Assembly: GCA_944327365.1 (NCBI GenBank) | Contig: CALVHI010000001.1 | Span: forward strand, 300-64,299 | Reading direction: 5' to 3' | DNA: 64,000 bases | Origin: an uncultured Bacilli bacterium | GTDB lineage: Bacteria > Bacillota_I > Bacilli_A > RF39 > UBA660 | Shown here: positions 46,954 through 56,041 of the stretch, one piece after another | Numbering within the stretch: position 1 is the stretch's first letter | Layout: each line of letters starts with the position of its first letter | Notes under the pieces: model-generated | What the model saw: the letters and a program-made list of their open reading frames with translations, nothing else | Told to the model about the DNA's origin: nothing | The model's database searches: none | Position numbers and translations under genes: made by a program

Positions 46954-48369
46954 ATGAATTTACCAGATTTAAACCAAGCTAAAATAAGAACAAAACAAAA
47001 AATAGAAGTTAGGAATGCTACAAATATTAAAAGTGATTTATTTGTCGGTAAGAAATATTTTATTAGAACTTATGGGTGCCAAATGAATGTTCATGATTCC
47101 GAAGAAATAAAAAGAATTTTAGAAAACTTAGGTTTTAGAGAAACACTTGAATTAGAAAATACTGATTTAGTTGTCTTAAATACTTGTGCTATCCGTGAAA
47201 ATGCTCATGATAAAGTATTTGGCTTTTTAGGCAGACTGAAACACTTAAAAAAAGAGAAAAAAGAATTAATTATCTGCATTGGCGGATGTATGCCTCAGGA
47301 AGAAAATGTAGCCAATATATTAAAAGATAAGTATCCATTTGTAGATATAGTATTTGGAACACATAACATTGATGATTTAGGGAAAATGATTTTAAATTTA
47401 AATCACCAACAACAAATAGAAGTTTACTCGATAGAGGGTAGAGTTTATGAAAATATGGACTATATTAGAGATTCTAAATATACAGCATGGGTAAATATTA
47501 TGTATGGGTGTGATAAATTTTGTACATACTGTATTGTTCCCTATACCAGAGGACGTCAAAGAAGCAGAAAAATAGAGAACATTTTAAAAGAAGTTAATAC
47601 TTTAAAAGAACAAGGATATAAAGAAATCACTTTACTTGGGCAAAATGTCAATGCTTATGGTAAAGATTTAGAAGAAAACTATGATTTTGCTACTCTCTTA
47701 GAAACAGTTGCTAAAACAAAAATAGATAGAATTCGTTTTGTAACAAGTCATCCATGGGACTTTACAGATGAAATGATAAATGTTATAGAAAAATACCAAA
47801 ATATTATGCCATACATTCATTTACCACTTCAAAGTGGCAGTACAAGAATTTTAAAACTTATGGGAAGACGCTACACAAAAGAAGAATATATCCAATTATA
47901 TTATAAAATTAAAGCTAAAATACCAGGCGTAAGTATAACGACCGATATTATTGTTGGCTTCCCAAATGAAACAGAAGAAGATTTTAAAGAGACCTTAGAA
48001 GTAGTAAATGAATGTAAATTTGACGGTGCCTTTACATTTATTTACTCACCAAGAGAAGGGACACCAGCATCAAAAATAAAAGACACAATTCCCATAGAAG
48101 TAAAAGAAAATAGATTGCATAAATTAAATGAAATAATTAATTCTTATAGTTTAGCTCATAATCAAGAATATATTGGAAAAACAGAAGATGTTTTAGTATT
48201 AGGGCAAAGTGAAAAAGGAAAAGATAAAGTATATGGATATACCAAAACAATGAAATTAGTGAATATAGATGGAGCAGTAAAAGATATTGGGAAAATAATA
48301 CTAGTACGAATTACTGATGCTAAAAGCTTTAGTCTTGATGGGCAAAAAGAAATTTTTGTTCAAAATTAA
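46954..48369 (+). CDS. miaB: tRNA-2-methylthio-N6-dimethylallyladenosine synthase
   Basis: MTTase N-domain YGCQMN, radical SAM CTYCIVPYTRG, TRAM domain. Confidence 0.85.
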   Translation: MNLPDLNQAKIRTKQKIEVRNATNIKSDLFVGKKYFIRTYGCQMNVHDSEEIKRILENLGFRETLELENTDLVVLNTCAIRENAHDKVFGFLGRLKHLKKEKKELIICIGGCMPQEENVANILKDKYPFVDIVFGTHNIDDLGKMILNLNHQQQIEVYSIEGRVYENMDYIRDSKYTAWVNIMYGCDKFCTYCIVPYTRGRQRSRKIENILKEVNTLKEQGYKEITLLGQNVNAYGKDLEENYDFATLLETVAKTKIDRIRFVTSHPWDFTDEMINVIEKYQNIMPYIHLPLQSGSTRILKLMGRRYTKEEYIQLYYKIKAKIPGVSITTDIIVGFPNETEEDFKETLEVVNECKFDGAFTFIYSPREGTPASKIKDTIPIEVKENRLHKLNEIINSYSLAHNQEYIGKTEDVLVLGQSEKGKDKVYGYTKTMKLVNIDGAVKDIGKIILVRITDAKSFSLDGQKEIFVQN

Positions 48370-48434
48370 ACAATTAGGTCTTGAGATAATCTCAAAAATA
48401 GCTTATAATTATAAATAGTAAAATAGGTGATGAT

Positions 48435-49037
48435 ATGAGAAGTGGTTATAAAATTGCTTTAGGGATTCTTACGATAATGATTTTAGTGACAATTACGATT
48501 GGAACAAGCTATTCTTATTATTCGATAGCAAGTACTCAGGAAAATCCCAATATATTAAATGCAACGTGCTTTGATATAAGCTTTAACGAAGGAAGTAGTT
48601 CTATTAATTTGGGAGCTACTTATCCTATGAGTGATGATAGGGCAAATAGTCTAAGTCCATATACATTTACGCTTACAAATACATGTACAACTGAAAATGC
48701 TACAGATCCTGTTAATTATGTAGTAACTTTAAATACTTTAACAGCGAATATGCCAACGCTTCCATTAAATGTTTTAAAGTATCGTTTAGATACTACCAGC
48801 CCTACATCAACTATGGGAACTAGTACATTATTAAGCAATGCAACAGTATATAATGATTTAAGTGAGACCATAAAAACAAGAGAAGGAATTAATACAAGTT
48901 ACCAATTAATAACTGGCACACTAAATCCAGGAGATTCCGTTACATATAATTTACGTTTATGGATTGATGAAACGGCTACAACTGATATTGAAAACACAAC
49001 ATTTACTGGTCGAGTATTAGTTTATAGCTATATGTAA
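48435..49037 (+). CDS. Signal-anchored secreted protein, family X paralog 1
   Basis: N-terminal TM, then ATYPMSDD, PYTFTLTNTC, LWIDE, FTGRVLVY motifs shared with 51028..52140. Consensus-like promoter TTGAGA-17-TATAAT upstream. Confidence 0.5.
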   Translation: MRSGYKIALGILTIMILVTITIGTSYSYYSIASTQENPNILNATCFDISFNEGSSSINLGATYPMSDDRANSLSPYTFTLTNTCTTENATDPVNYVVTLNTLTANMPTLPLNVLKYRLDTTSPTSTMGTSTLLSNATVYNDLSETIKTREGINTSYQLITGTLNPGDSVTYNLRLWIDETATTDIENTTFTGRVLVYSYM

Positions 49038-49039
49038 GC

Positions 49040-49065
49040 TTCCAATTTTGGAAGTTTTTTCAAAG
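49040..49065 (+). terminator. Rho-independent terminator
   Basis: CTTCCAA tttt GGAAG TTTTTT. Confidence 0.5.
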
Positions 49066-49228
49066 GTGACTTCTCAAAGTAAATGCAACAAGCAAAGTCA
49101 GTAATTATAAGTCGCAAAGTAAAAGCACATAAAAACATTATAAGTAAAAATATATCTAAAATTAAAAACAAGTGGCAATTCTCAAAGTAAAAGCCCACTT
49201 GTTTTTAATTTAAACTGTATATTAATTT

Positions 49229-50566
49229 TTAAAGATTTTCATTAATAAATCTTATATTTGCTTTTCTTATATCAATAGGTGTTAAATATTTTTTAATATT
49301 TAGGATATTCTTTTCACCTAATAATTCTGGTATAAGTTTTATTTCTTTGGGATTAATTTGATAATATCCTAATTTATTTAGTGTTTTATCTGTTAAATAA
49401 CTGTTAATTAAGTCAAAAGGACATTTCCCTTTTAATTCTTCTCTAAATAAACTATTAATATGTGAACATATCGCTTGAAGATCTTCTTCATTATAAATAC
49501 TTAAAGAAACTCCTTGGGGTATAATTCTTCTTAATAATTCATGGTTATTTTCAATGCTACCTTTTTCAAAAGAACTATAAGGATGACAATAATAAATATG
49601 ATCAGTACCTATTCCTTCTATTAATTTTTCTAAATTAATAAATTCTGAGCCATTATCGGTAAGTAATAATTCAATCAATTTATTAAGTTTATCACTTTTT
49701 AATATTTCGTTAAAAGTTTTAAGCTTTTTAACTACTTCATCATTGGTTTGACGATTTATTTTAAAAACGAACAAGAATTTTATTTTAACAATTTGCAAAG
49801 TCAAAAACACAGGTTCATTTGTCCCTTGTATTCCTTGAACACAATCCATTTGCCATTCAATAATATCAGGATTGTTTTTGATTATAACTAAATAATCTTT
49901 GTATGTATGACCTTCTATGTTCCTTTTATAATCTTTATCAATCTCTTGATGTTTTACCTTTCTTCTTGTTCTAGGTAAATCCGAAGATTTAAGTCTTAAT
50001 CTATTATTTTTAATCTGTCTATAAATTGTTTTAATATTAAAATTATAGCCCATAGAATTAATTACACATAACGAATGATAGATAGATTTAGTATTAATAA
50101 CTAAACAATAAAAATCATTGTTTAATATATTCAGTTCCATCTTAGTATAATGAAGATTCGTTCTATTTTTAGACCAATTACTCAGATATTGTGCATTTGC
50201 TTCTTTTGCTCTATAATAATATTTAGCTTTCCTACATTTCTTATTCGGGCAAGAATTACAAACATGTGGGGAAGCTTTTAAATTATCACAAATTTCTAGC
50301 TCAAATCTTTGACAAGTTTTATCACAATCTATGTGTCTATTTCGACATACATCTTTGTGAATACAACATGAAGTTTTACCATAAGAGGAAGGCATTAAAA
50401 TAGTTCTATTTCTTGTTATTTCTCTAGCAATGTTAGAGCGATCTCTATTTAATGCTTTTGCTATATCAGTAATACTAGATCTGTTATTTAGTTCTTCTTC
50501 AATAAAAATTCTTGTTTCTAAAGTGAAATGAGTATTAATTTTTGTTCTTTTCAATTCGATCACCAC
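49229..50566 (-). CDS. IS30 family transposase with Cys-rich insertion
   Basis: N-terminal HTH HFTLETRIFIEEELNNRSSITDIAKALNRDRSNIAREITRN typical of IS30. DDE-type C-terminal region. Extra Cys cluster (CCIHKDVCRNRHIDCDKTCQ...CNSCPNKKC). Confidence 0.8.
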   Translation of the reverse strand: MVIELKRTKINTHFTLETRIFIEEELNNRSSITDIAKALNRDRSNIAREITRNRTILMPSSYGKTSCCIHKDVCRNRHIDCDKTCQRFELEICDNLKASPHVCNSCPNKKCRKAKYYYRAKEANAQYLSNWSKNRTNLHYTKMELNILNNDFYCLVINTKSIYHSLCVINSMGYNFNIKTIYRQIKNNRLRLKSSDLPRTRRKVKHQEIDKDYKRNIEGHTYKDYLVIIKNNPDIIEWQMDCVQGIQGTNEPVFLTLQIVKIKFLFVFKINRQTNDEVVKKLKTFNEILKSDKLNKLIELLLTDNGSEFINLEKLIEGIGTDHIYYCHPYSSFEKGSIENNHELLRRIIPQGVSLSIYNEEDLQAICSHINSLFREELKGKCPFDLINSYLTDKTLNKLGYYQINPKEIKLIPELLGEKNILNIKKYLTPIDIRKANIRFINENL

Positions 50567-50582
50567 TTTCTTTAAAGATTAA

Positions 50583-50789
50583 TTATTCCTCTTTAGAATC
50601 ATATAAACTATAAATATAATCTTTTATATCTTGAATTATTTCTGAAGTACTAGATAAGTACATTAATATTTCTTTCAAATCTAATTTTTTTTGAATCTTA
50701 TGAGAACAAGAATGATAAAAAAGAATAGAATTAACATATGAATTAATATCATCAAGATACATTATTATATCTTCTAAATTATGTTTCAT
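50583..50789 (-). CDS. Small hypothetical ORF inside the IS30-like element
   Basis: 68-aa ORF co-directional with the transposase gene. Confidence 0.3.
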   Translation of the reverse strand: MKHNLEDIIMYLDDINSYVNSILFYHSCSHKIQKKLDLKEILMYLSSTSEIIQDIKDYIYSLYDSKEE

Positions 50790-51027
50790 AAAAAAACACC
50801 TCCTTCCGAAGTGTTACTTTATACAATTCTCAAACTAAATGCAACAATTATGATAATATTAGCATTTTAATAATTTAATTTTGTCTCAAACTAAATACCC
50901 ATACTAATTCTCAAACTAAAAACCCCTAAATTTAAAAAAGGGCTTTTACTTTGAGAATTAAAAAAGTTTTTTCAAATACCTCTTTTCAAATAAAAAAAAA
51001 TACTATATAATGTATTATAGATAGATA

Positions 51028-52140
51028 GTGGTGATAAAATTGAACAACAAAATATATATATCATTATTAATTTCATCAATCATAATTGTAATAATAACAA
51101 CAATTACAATAACATATGCTTATTTATCATATAATGATGCCCAAGAAGGAACAAATACGCTAACAACAAGTTGTTATAATATTATATTTGAAGATGAAGA
51201 ATCAATTAATATAACAAGTTATCCAATGAGTAACGAAACAGCTTTTGAAACTATAACTCCTTATACATTTACAATCAAAAATGATGGATGTAACATAGGA
51301 AGTGGCTATCAAGTAATATTGAATATAGATGAATCAACTTCTGATATTTTATTACCTTATATCAATTTTTCTTTAGATGGAGAAACATCGACCAAACTAA
51401 CCAGTCTTACATCGACAACTTTACCGGTTGGACTAACAGCAACCAACGCCAAAGCTTCTTATGTAATTGAAACAGGAATACTACCTAACATCAATTCCTC
51501 TAAAACTTATAACTTGCATTTATGGATTGATGAGGCAGCTGGAATAGAAGTAATGAATCAAACCTTTAAAGCAGAACTAATCGTCTACAATAAAGCAATA
51601 GAGCCACAGATAGAATTAGTAAACTTAGCAAGTGATCCAAGCTTTACAAGTAGCGGTATTTGGAGTGGTGGTGCAATTGACAATACGCATGTAAAATACG
51701 GAAATACTTCTCTAAAGATGACAGGTGCAAGTGGCCAACCCGAGACTCTAGCAAATAATAGTACTCCGATTAATTTAACGAAAGGTCATATTTATTATTA
51801 TCGTTACGAAGTTTATCATGAAGGAGCCAGTGGTACTGCAGGGTTATATTGGCCTATTGCCGAACCTAGTTTTAGTGATGGTCAATCTATAGGTAATGCT
51901 GGAAGTTGGAATATCATTTCAGCAAGAGATGATCGTTCTGCTTCTAATTTTACTGATGGGCCAAATAATTTTCGCCTAGATTATAACAATAATAATGTAG
52001 CTTCAAGTGTATGGTTTGATGGCTTAGTCTTTCTAGATTTAACCCAAAGTTTTGGCGCTGGAAGTGAACCTTCTAAAGAATGGTGTAATGAAAACATCCT
52101 TTTCTTTGAAGGAACGACTTATATTCCAGTTCCAGACTAA
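51028..52140 (+). CDS. Signal-anchored secreted protein, family X paralog 2 (with C-terminal extension)
   Basis: N-terminal TM. ITSYPMSNE, PYTFTIKNDGC, LWIDE, FKAELIVY shared with 48435..49037. An extra ~170-aa C-terminal domain. Confidence 0.5.
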   Translation: MVIKLNNKIYISLLISSIIIVIITTITITYAYLSYNDAQEGTNTLTTSCYNIIFEDEESINITSYPMSNETAFETITPYTFTIKNDGCNIGSGYQVILNIDESTSDILLPYINFSLDGETSTKLTSLTSTTLPVGLTATNAKASYVIETGILPNINSSKTYNLHLWIDEAAGIEVMNQTFKAELIVYNKAIEPQIELVNLASDPSFTSSGIWSGGAIDNTHVKYGNTSLKMTGASGQPETLANNSTPINLTKGHIYYYRYEVYHEGASGTAGLYWPIAEPSFSDGQSIGNAGSWNIISARDDRSASNFTDGPNNFRLDYNNNNVASSVWFDGLVFLDLTQSFGAGSEPSKEWCNENILFFEGTTYIPVPD

Positions 52141-52216
52141 AATACCCATAATTTTCTAAATAAATATAGTAATTTAAACTTGGGATATGTTAAAATAAGA
52201 TTAGGGGGAAAAGCAA

Positions 52217-53098
52217 ATGAAAAAAAGAAAGACAGATAATATTATTCTTGCTATTGTAGGGCCAACTGGTGTTGGGAAAACTAAATTAAGTATTGAGCTA
52301 GCTAAAAGATATCAGGCAATTATTATTAATTGTGATGCAATGCAAGTATATAAAAGAATGAATATTGGTACAGCAAAAATAAAAGAAGAAGAAAAAGAAC
52401 AAATACCCCATTATTTATTTGATATCAAAGAAATAACGGAAAATTATACTGTCTATGATTATCAAAAAGACGCAAGAAAAATAATAGAGGAAAATAAAGA
52501 TAAAAATATTATCTTTGTAGGAGGATCAGGACTTTATTTAAAGGCGGCATTATATACTTATCAATTTAAAGAAGAACAGACCAATAAAAATAACTATGAT
52601 GGATATTCAAACGATGATCTTTATCAATTAGCCCTAAAAAAAGATGCCAGCATGACGATTCATCCCCATAATCGTCAAAGGCTTATTCGCTTTTTAAACA
52701 AAGAAAAAATCGCCCCACCAAAATCAAAGCCTCTTTATAAAGCAATATACATCGGTCTTACTTGTGATCGAAAAATATTATATGAACGAATCAACCAAAG
52801 AGTGGAGCAAATGTTTAAAGATGGTTTGCTAGAAGAAGTTAAGTCTTTATATCAGGAAAATATTCATTCTAAAGCAATAGAAACAGCAATTGGATACAAA
52901 GAGTTATATGCATATTTTGATGGCTTAATATCACTAGAAGAAGCTAAAGATTTAATTAAGAAAAACTCAAGACACTATGCAAAAAGACAATACACATGGT
53001 TTAATAATCAAATGGATATAACTTGGTTTAATGTGAATTTTAATAATTTTAATGAAACGATAGAAAAAGTAATAGAAAAAATTGAAAAATATAGGTGA
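52217..53098 (+). CDS. miaA: tRNA dimethylallyltransferase
   Basis: GPTGVGKT P-loop and MiaA architecture. Confidence 0.85.
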   Translation: MKKRKTDNIILAIVGPTGVGKTKLSIELAKRYQAIIINCDAMQVYKRMNIGTAKIKEEEKEQIPHYLFDIKEITENYTVYDYQKDARKIIEENKDKNIIFVGGSGLYLKAALYTYQFKEEQTNKNNYDGYSNDDLYQLALKKDASMTIHPHNRQRLIRFLNKEKIAPPKSKPLYKAIYIGLTCDRKILYERINQRVEQMFKDGLLEEVKSLYQENIHSKAIETAIGYKELYAYFDGLISLEEAKDLIKKNSRHYAKRQYTWFNNQMDITWFNVNFNNFNETIEKVIEKIEKYR

Positions 53099-54198
53099 AA
53101 ATCATGGATAAGATAATAAAAAGTGTATTAATAAATTTAGAAAAAGAAGGATATGAAGCTTATATTGTAGGTGGATATGTAAGAGATTTATTAGTAGGCC
53201 TATCTTCATATGATATTGATATATGTACAAATGCAACTCCCAAAGATTTAATGCACATTTTTCCGTCATCTTCATCTAAAAATATAGGAGGAATTTCTTT
53301 TAAGATAAAGGAGTATCACTTTGAAATTACAACATATCGTGAAGAAATAAAATACAAAGAAAGAAGACCAGTAGAATTTAATTATGTTAATAATTTAATA
53401 GTAGATTTACAAAGAAGAGATTTTACCATTAATGCAATCTGTATGAATAGCAAAGGGGAAACAATAGACTTAGTTGGGGGCTCAAAAGACTTAATGGCTT
53501 CAAAAGTAAAGATGATTGGTGATACTAGAAAAAAAATTAAAGAAGATCCTCTAAGAATATTAAGGGCAATACGTATAGCAACCATTCTAAACTTCAATTT
53601 AGATGCAACTCTTTACAAAGAAATCAAATCGAATAAAGGCTTGATATTAACGCTTTCAAGCACCAGAATAAAAGAAGAATTAGATAAAATATTATTATCT
53701 AAAAATGTAAAAAAAGGTCTTAATTTATTAAAAGATTTAGGTATATTAAACTTATTAAAAATATCAAATTGGGAAAAAATAACTCCAGTAAAAAGCTTAG
53801 AAGGAATGTATGCCCAGTTAACAATAGGCTATCCTATTCCCTTTAGTAAAGTAGAAAAAAATAATTTGTCTGCTTTAAAAGAAATTTTAAAAAAGGGATA
53901 TGTAGATAAATTAGTTATGTATGAATACGGATTATATTTATCACAAATAGCAGGAGAAATTCTAAAAATGAATTCTAAAGAAATAAGTAAAATATATCGT
54001 GATTTACCCATTCATAACCAAAAAGAAATAAATATAAAGGCTCCTGATATTGTAAGCCTATTAAATATAGACTATTCTAAAAAAGTAAGAGAAATTATAA
54101 AAGAACTTGAAATATTAATTATAAATGGTAAAATAAGAAATAAAAAAAATGATCTGAAAAAATATATTATAGATTATCAAAGAAAGTGGTTAAAATGA
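53095..54198 (+). CDS. cca: CCA-adding tRNA nucleotidyltransferase
   Basis: GGYVRDLLVG...DIDI polymerase beta-like head. Overlaps the miaA stop (ATGA). Confidence 0.8.
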   Translation: MKIMDKIIKSVLINLEKEGYEAYIVGGYVRDLLVGLSSYDIDICTNATPKDLMHIFPSSSSKNIGGISFKIKEYHFEITTYREEIKYKERRPVEFNYVNNLIVDLQRRDFTINAICMNSKGETIDLVGGSKDLMASKVKMIGDTRKKIKEDPLRILRAIRIATILNFNLDATLYKEIKSNKGLILTLSSTRIKEELDKILLSKNVKKGLNLLKDLGILNLLKISNWEKITPVKSLEGMYAQLTIGYPIPFSKVEKNNLSALKEILKKGYVDKLVMYEYGLYLSQIAGEILKMNSKEISKIYRDLPIHNQKEINIKAPDIVSLLNIDYSKKVREIIKELEILIINGKIRNKKNDLKKYIIDYQRKWLK

Positions 54199-54827
54199 AT
54201 TTAGAAATATTAAAGTGTCAAAAATATATAACAAATAGTTTATTCATCAAAAAAGTTTTATCTTTAAATTTAACTTTAGAAGAATTTTTAATGTTAACAT
54301 ATTTTGATAATGATAATAATGGGTATTTAAATATTGATGAAGTAAGTAAAAATTTAGGAATTCAACCAGAAAAAGCTTATAGCATTTTTACAAGTTTATT
54401 ATCTAAAAAAATAATAGAAATAAAAACAGAAAAAGATATAGAAGGTAGATTAATTGAACGAATTAATTTAGATAATTTTTATTTAATGATAATCTCTGAT
54501 CAAAAAGAGGAAAGTAAAAAAGAAAAGATGACAGATATATATGCTGAATTTGAACGTGAATTTGGCCGTCCAATCAGCAGTATGGAATATGAAATTATTA
54601 ATGCTTGGTTAAGTCATGATTATAGTGAAGAGCTCATTTTAGGAGCATTAAAAGAAGCTGTATATAATGGGGTAAGAAATTTTAGGTATATTGATAAAAT
54701 ATTATATGAATGGCATAAAAAAGGATTTAAAACGTTAAATGATGTAAATAAACATTTAGAAAGAAAAGATGAGAAAAAGGAGGATAGTGAGTTATTTGAT
54801 TATAACTGGTTAGATGATGAAGAGTGA
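54195..54827 (+). CDS. dnaD: DnaD-domain replication initiation/membrane-attachment protein
   Basis: DnaD C-terminal domain YAEFEREFGRPISSMEYEIINAWL...YIDKILYEWHKKG. ATG overlaps the cca stop. Confidence 0.7.
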   Translation: MNLEILKCQKYITNSLFIKKVLSLNLTLEEFLMLTYFDNDNNGYLNIDEVSKNLGIQPEKAYSIFTSLLSKKIIEIKTEKDIEGRLIERINLDNFYLMIISDQKEESKKEKMTDIYAEFEREFGRPISSMEYEIINAWLSHDYSEELILGALKEAVYNGVRNFRYIDKILYEWHKKGFKTLNDVNKHLERKDEKKEDSELFDYNWLDDEE

Positions 54828-55449
54828 AATGATAATCAATATATTAGATAAATATTATCCTGAAGCTAGATGTGAATTAAATTATACCAAAGATTATGAG
54901 CTTTTAATAGCTACTGTACTTAGTGCACAATGTACAGATAAAAGAGTAAATACAGTAACAAGTATTTTGTTTAATAAATATGATTTAAAGGGCTTAAAAG
55001 ATGCTGATGTTCATGATATTGAAAATATTATTAGACCATGTGGCTCGCATACTAAAAAAGCAACTTATATTAAAACGATCGCTAAAAAACTAATAAATGA
55101 TTATAATGGCATAGTCCCTAATAATAGGGAGTATTTAGAAAATTTGCCTGGAGTAGGGAGAAAAACATGTAATGTAGTATTATCGAACATTTACGATATA
55201 CCAGCGATTGCGGTTGATACTCATGTTTCTCGAGTATCAAAGCGTTTAGGACTAGCCAAAGAAGATGATGATGTATCTATAATTGAACAAAAATTAATGA
55301 AGAAATTTCCTAAAGATAAATGGAGCAAGTTACATCATCAATTAGTATTATTTGGTAGATATAACTGTACGGCGAGAAATCCTAAATGTGAGGATTGTTT
55401 ATTTAAAGATAAATGCAAGTATTATAAAAAATTACTCAGTAACGAGTAA
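54814..55449 (+). CDS. nth: Endonuclease III
   Basis: HhH-GPD core (LPGVGRKTCNVVL...DTHVSRV) and [4Fe-4S] cluster loop C-x6-C-x2-C-x5-C. Confidence 0.85.
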   Translation: MMKSEMIINILDKYYPEARCELNYTKDYELLIATVLSAQCTDKRVNTVTSILFNKYDLKGLKDADVHDIENIIRPCGSHTKKATYIKTIAKKLINDYNGIVPNNREYLENLPGVGRKTCNVVLSNIYDIPAIAVDTHVSRVSKRLGLAKEDDDVSIIEQKLMKKFPKDKWSKLHHQLVLFGRYNCTARNPKCEDCLFKDKCKYYKKLLSNE

Positions 55450-55452
55450 TTT

Positions 55453-55986
55453 TTATTGTGACTTAATATCTTGAATTTCAAGAATATCTTTAAAATCTTG
55501 TGCATTAAATATTCCTTGTGTCGTAGCAAGACTACCATCTTTAAAATAAAGAATAATAGGCACTTTAGAAATAATATCGCTATCAATATTTAAAGCATGA
55601 GCAATATCCTCTTTGTAATTCTTATTCGCATCTTTAAATTGAGTAACATTCAAGAAATAGAAATTATTTTGTAGTTGATATTCATTAATTAAAGGTTTTA
55701 AATCTTCTTCTAACTGATAAACATCTTCATCCCCGGTATAACTAATATATAAGAAATAATAACTAGGTGTTTCGGATAAAACAGATCTTATTTCATTAAT
55801 ATCAGTCATTTCTAAACTAATGGTATTCGTACTAATTAAATAGCTTTGATAATATTTTTCTTGTTCTCTAACTGTACTCCATCGATGAAAATATAAAGCA
55901 AGAAAAATTATGGCTAAAATAATACAAAGTCCCAAAAAGTACTTTTTTGCAGTTTGATTTCGATACTTTATTTTTGTACTTGCCAT
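55453..55986 (-). CDS. Membrane-anchored hypothetical protein (possibly thioredoxin-like fold)
   Basis: N-terminal TM segment; no CxxC, so assignment is weak. Confidence 0.3.
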   Translation of the reverse strand: MASTKIKYRNQTAKKYFLGLCIILAIIFLALYFHRWSTVREQEKYYQSYLISTNTISLEMTDINEIRSVLSETPSYYFLYISYTGDEDVYQLEEDLKPLINEYQLQNNFYFLNVTQFKDANKNYKEDIAHALNIDSDIISKVPIILYFKDGSLATTQGIFNAQDFKDILEIQDIKSQ

Positions 55987-56041
55987 AACATCCCTCCATT
56001 AATATTTTATCATATAATAATCTTATTTGTAAATGCTAATT

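Larger units (their letters stand above)
49177..50959 (-). mobile_element. IS30-family insertion sequence (boundaries tentative) with perfect 20-bp terminal inverted repeats
   Basis: AATTCTCAAAGTAAAAGCCC at 49177-49196 and its exact reverse complement at 50940-50959. Contains the transposase gene and a small ORF. Confidence 0.55.
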
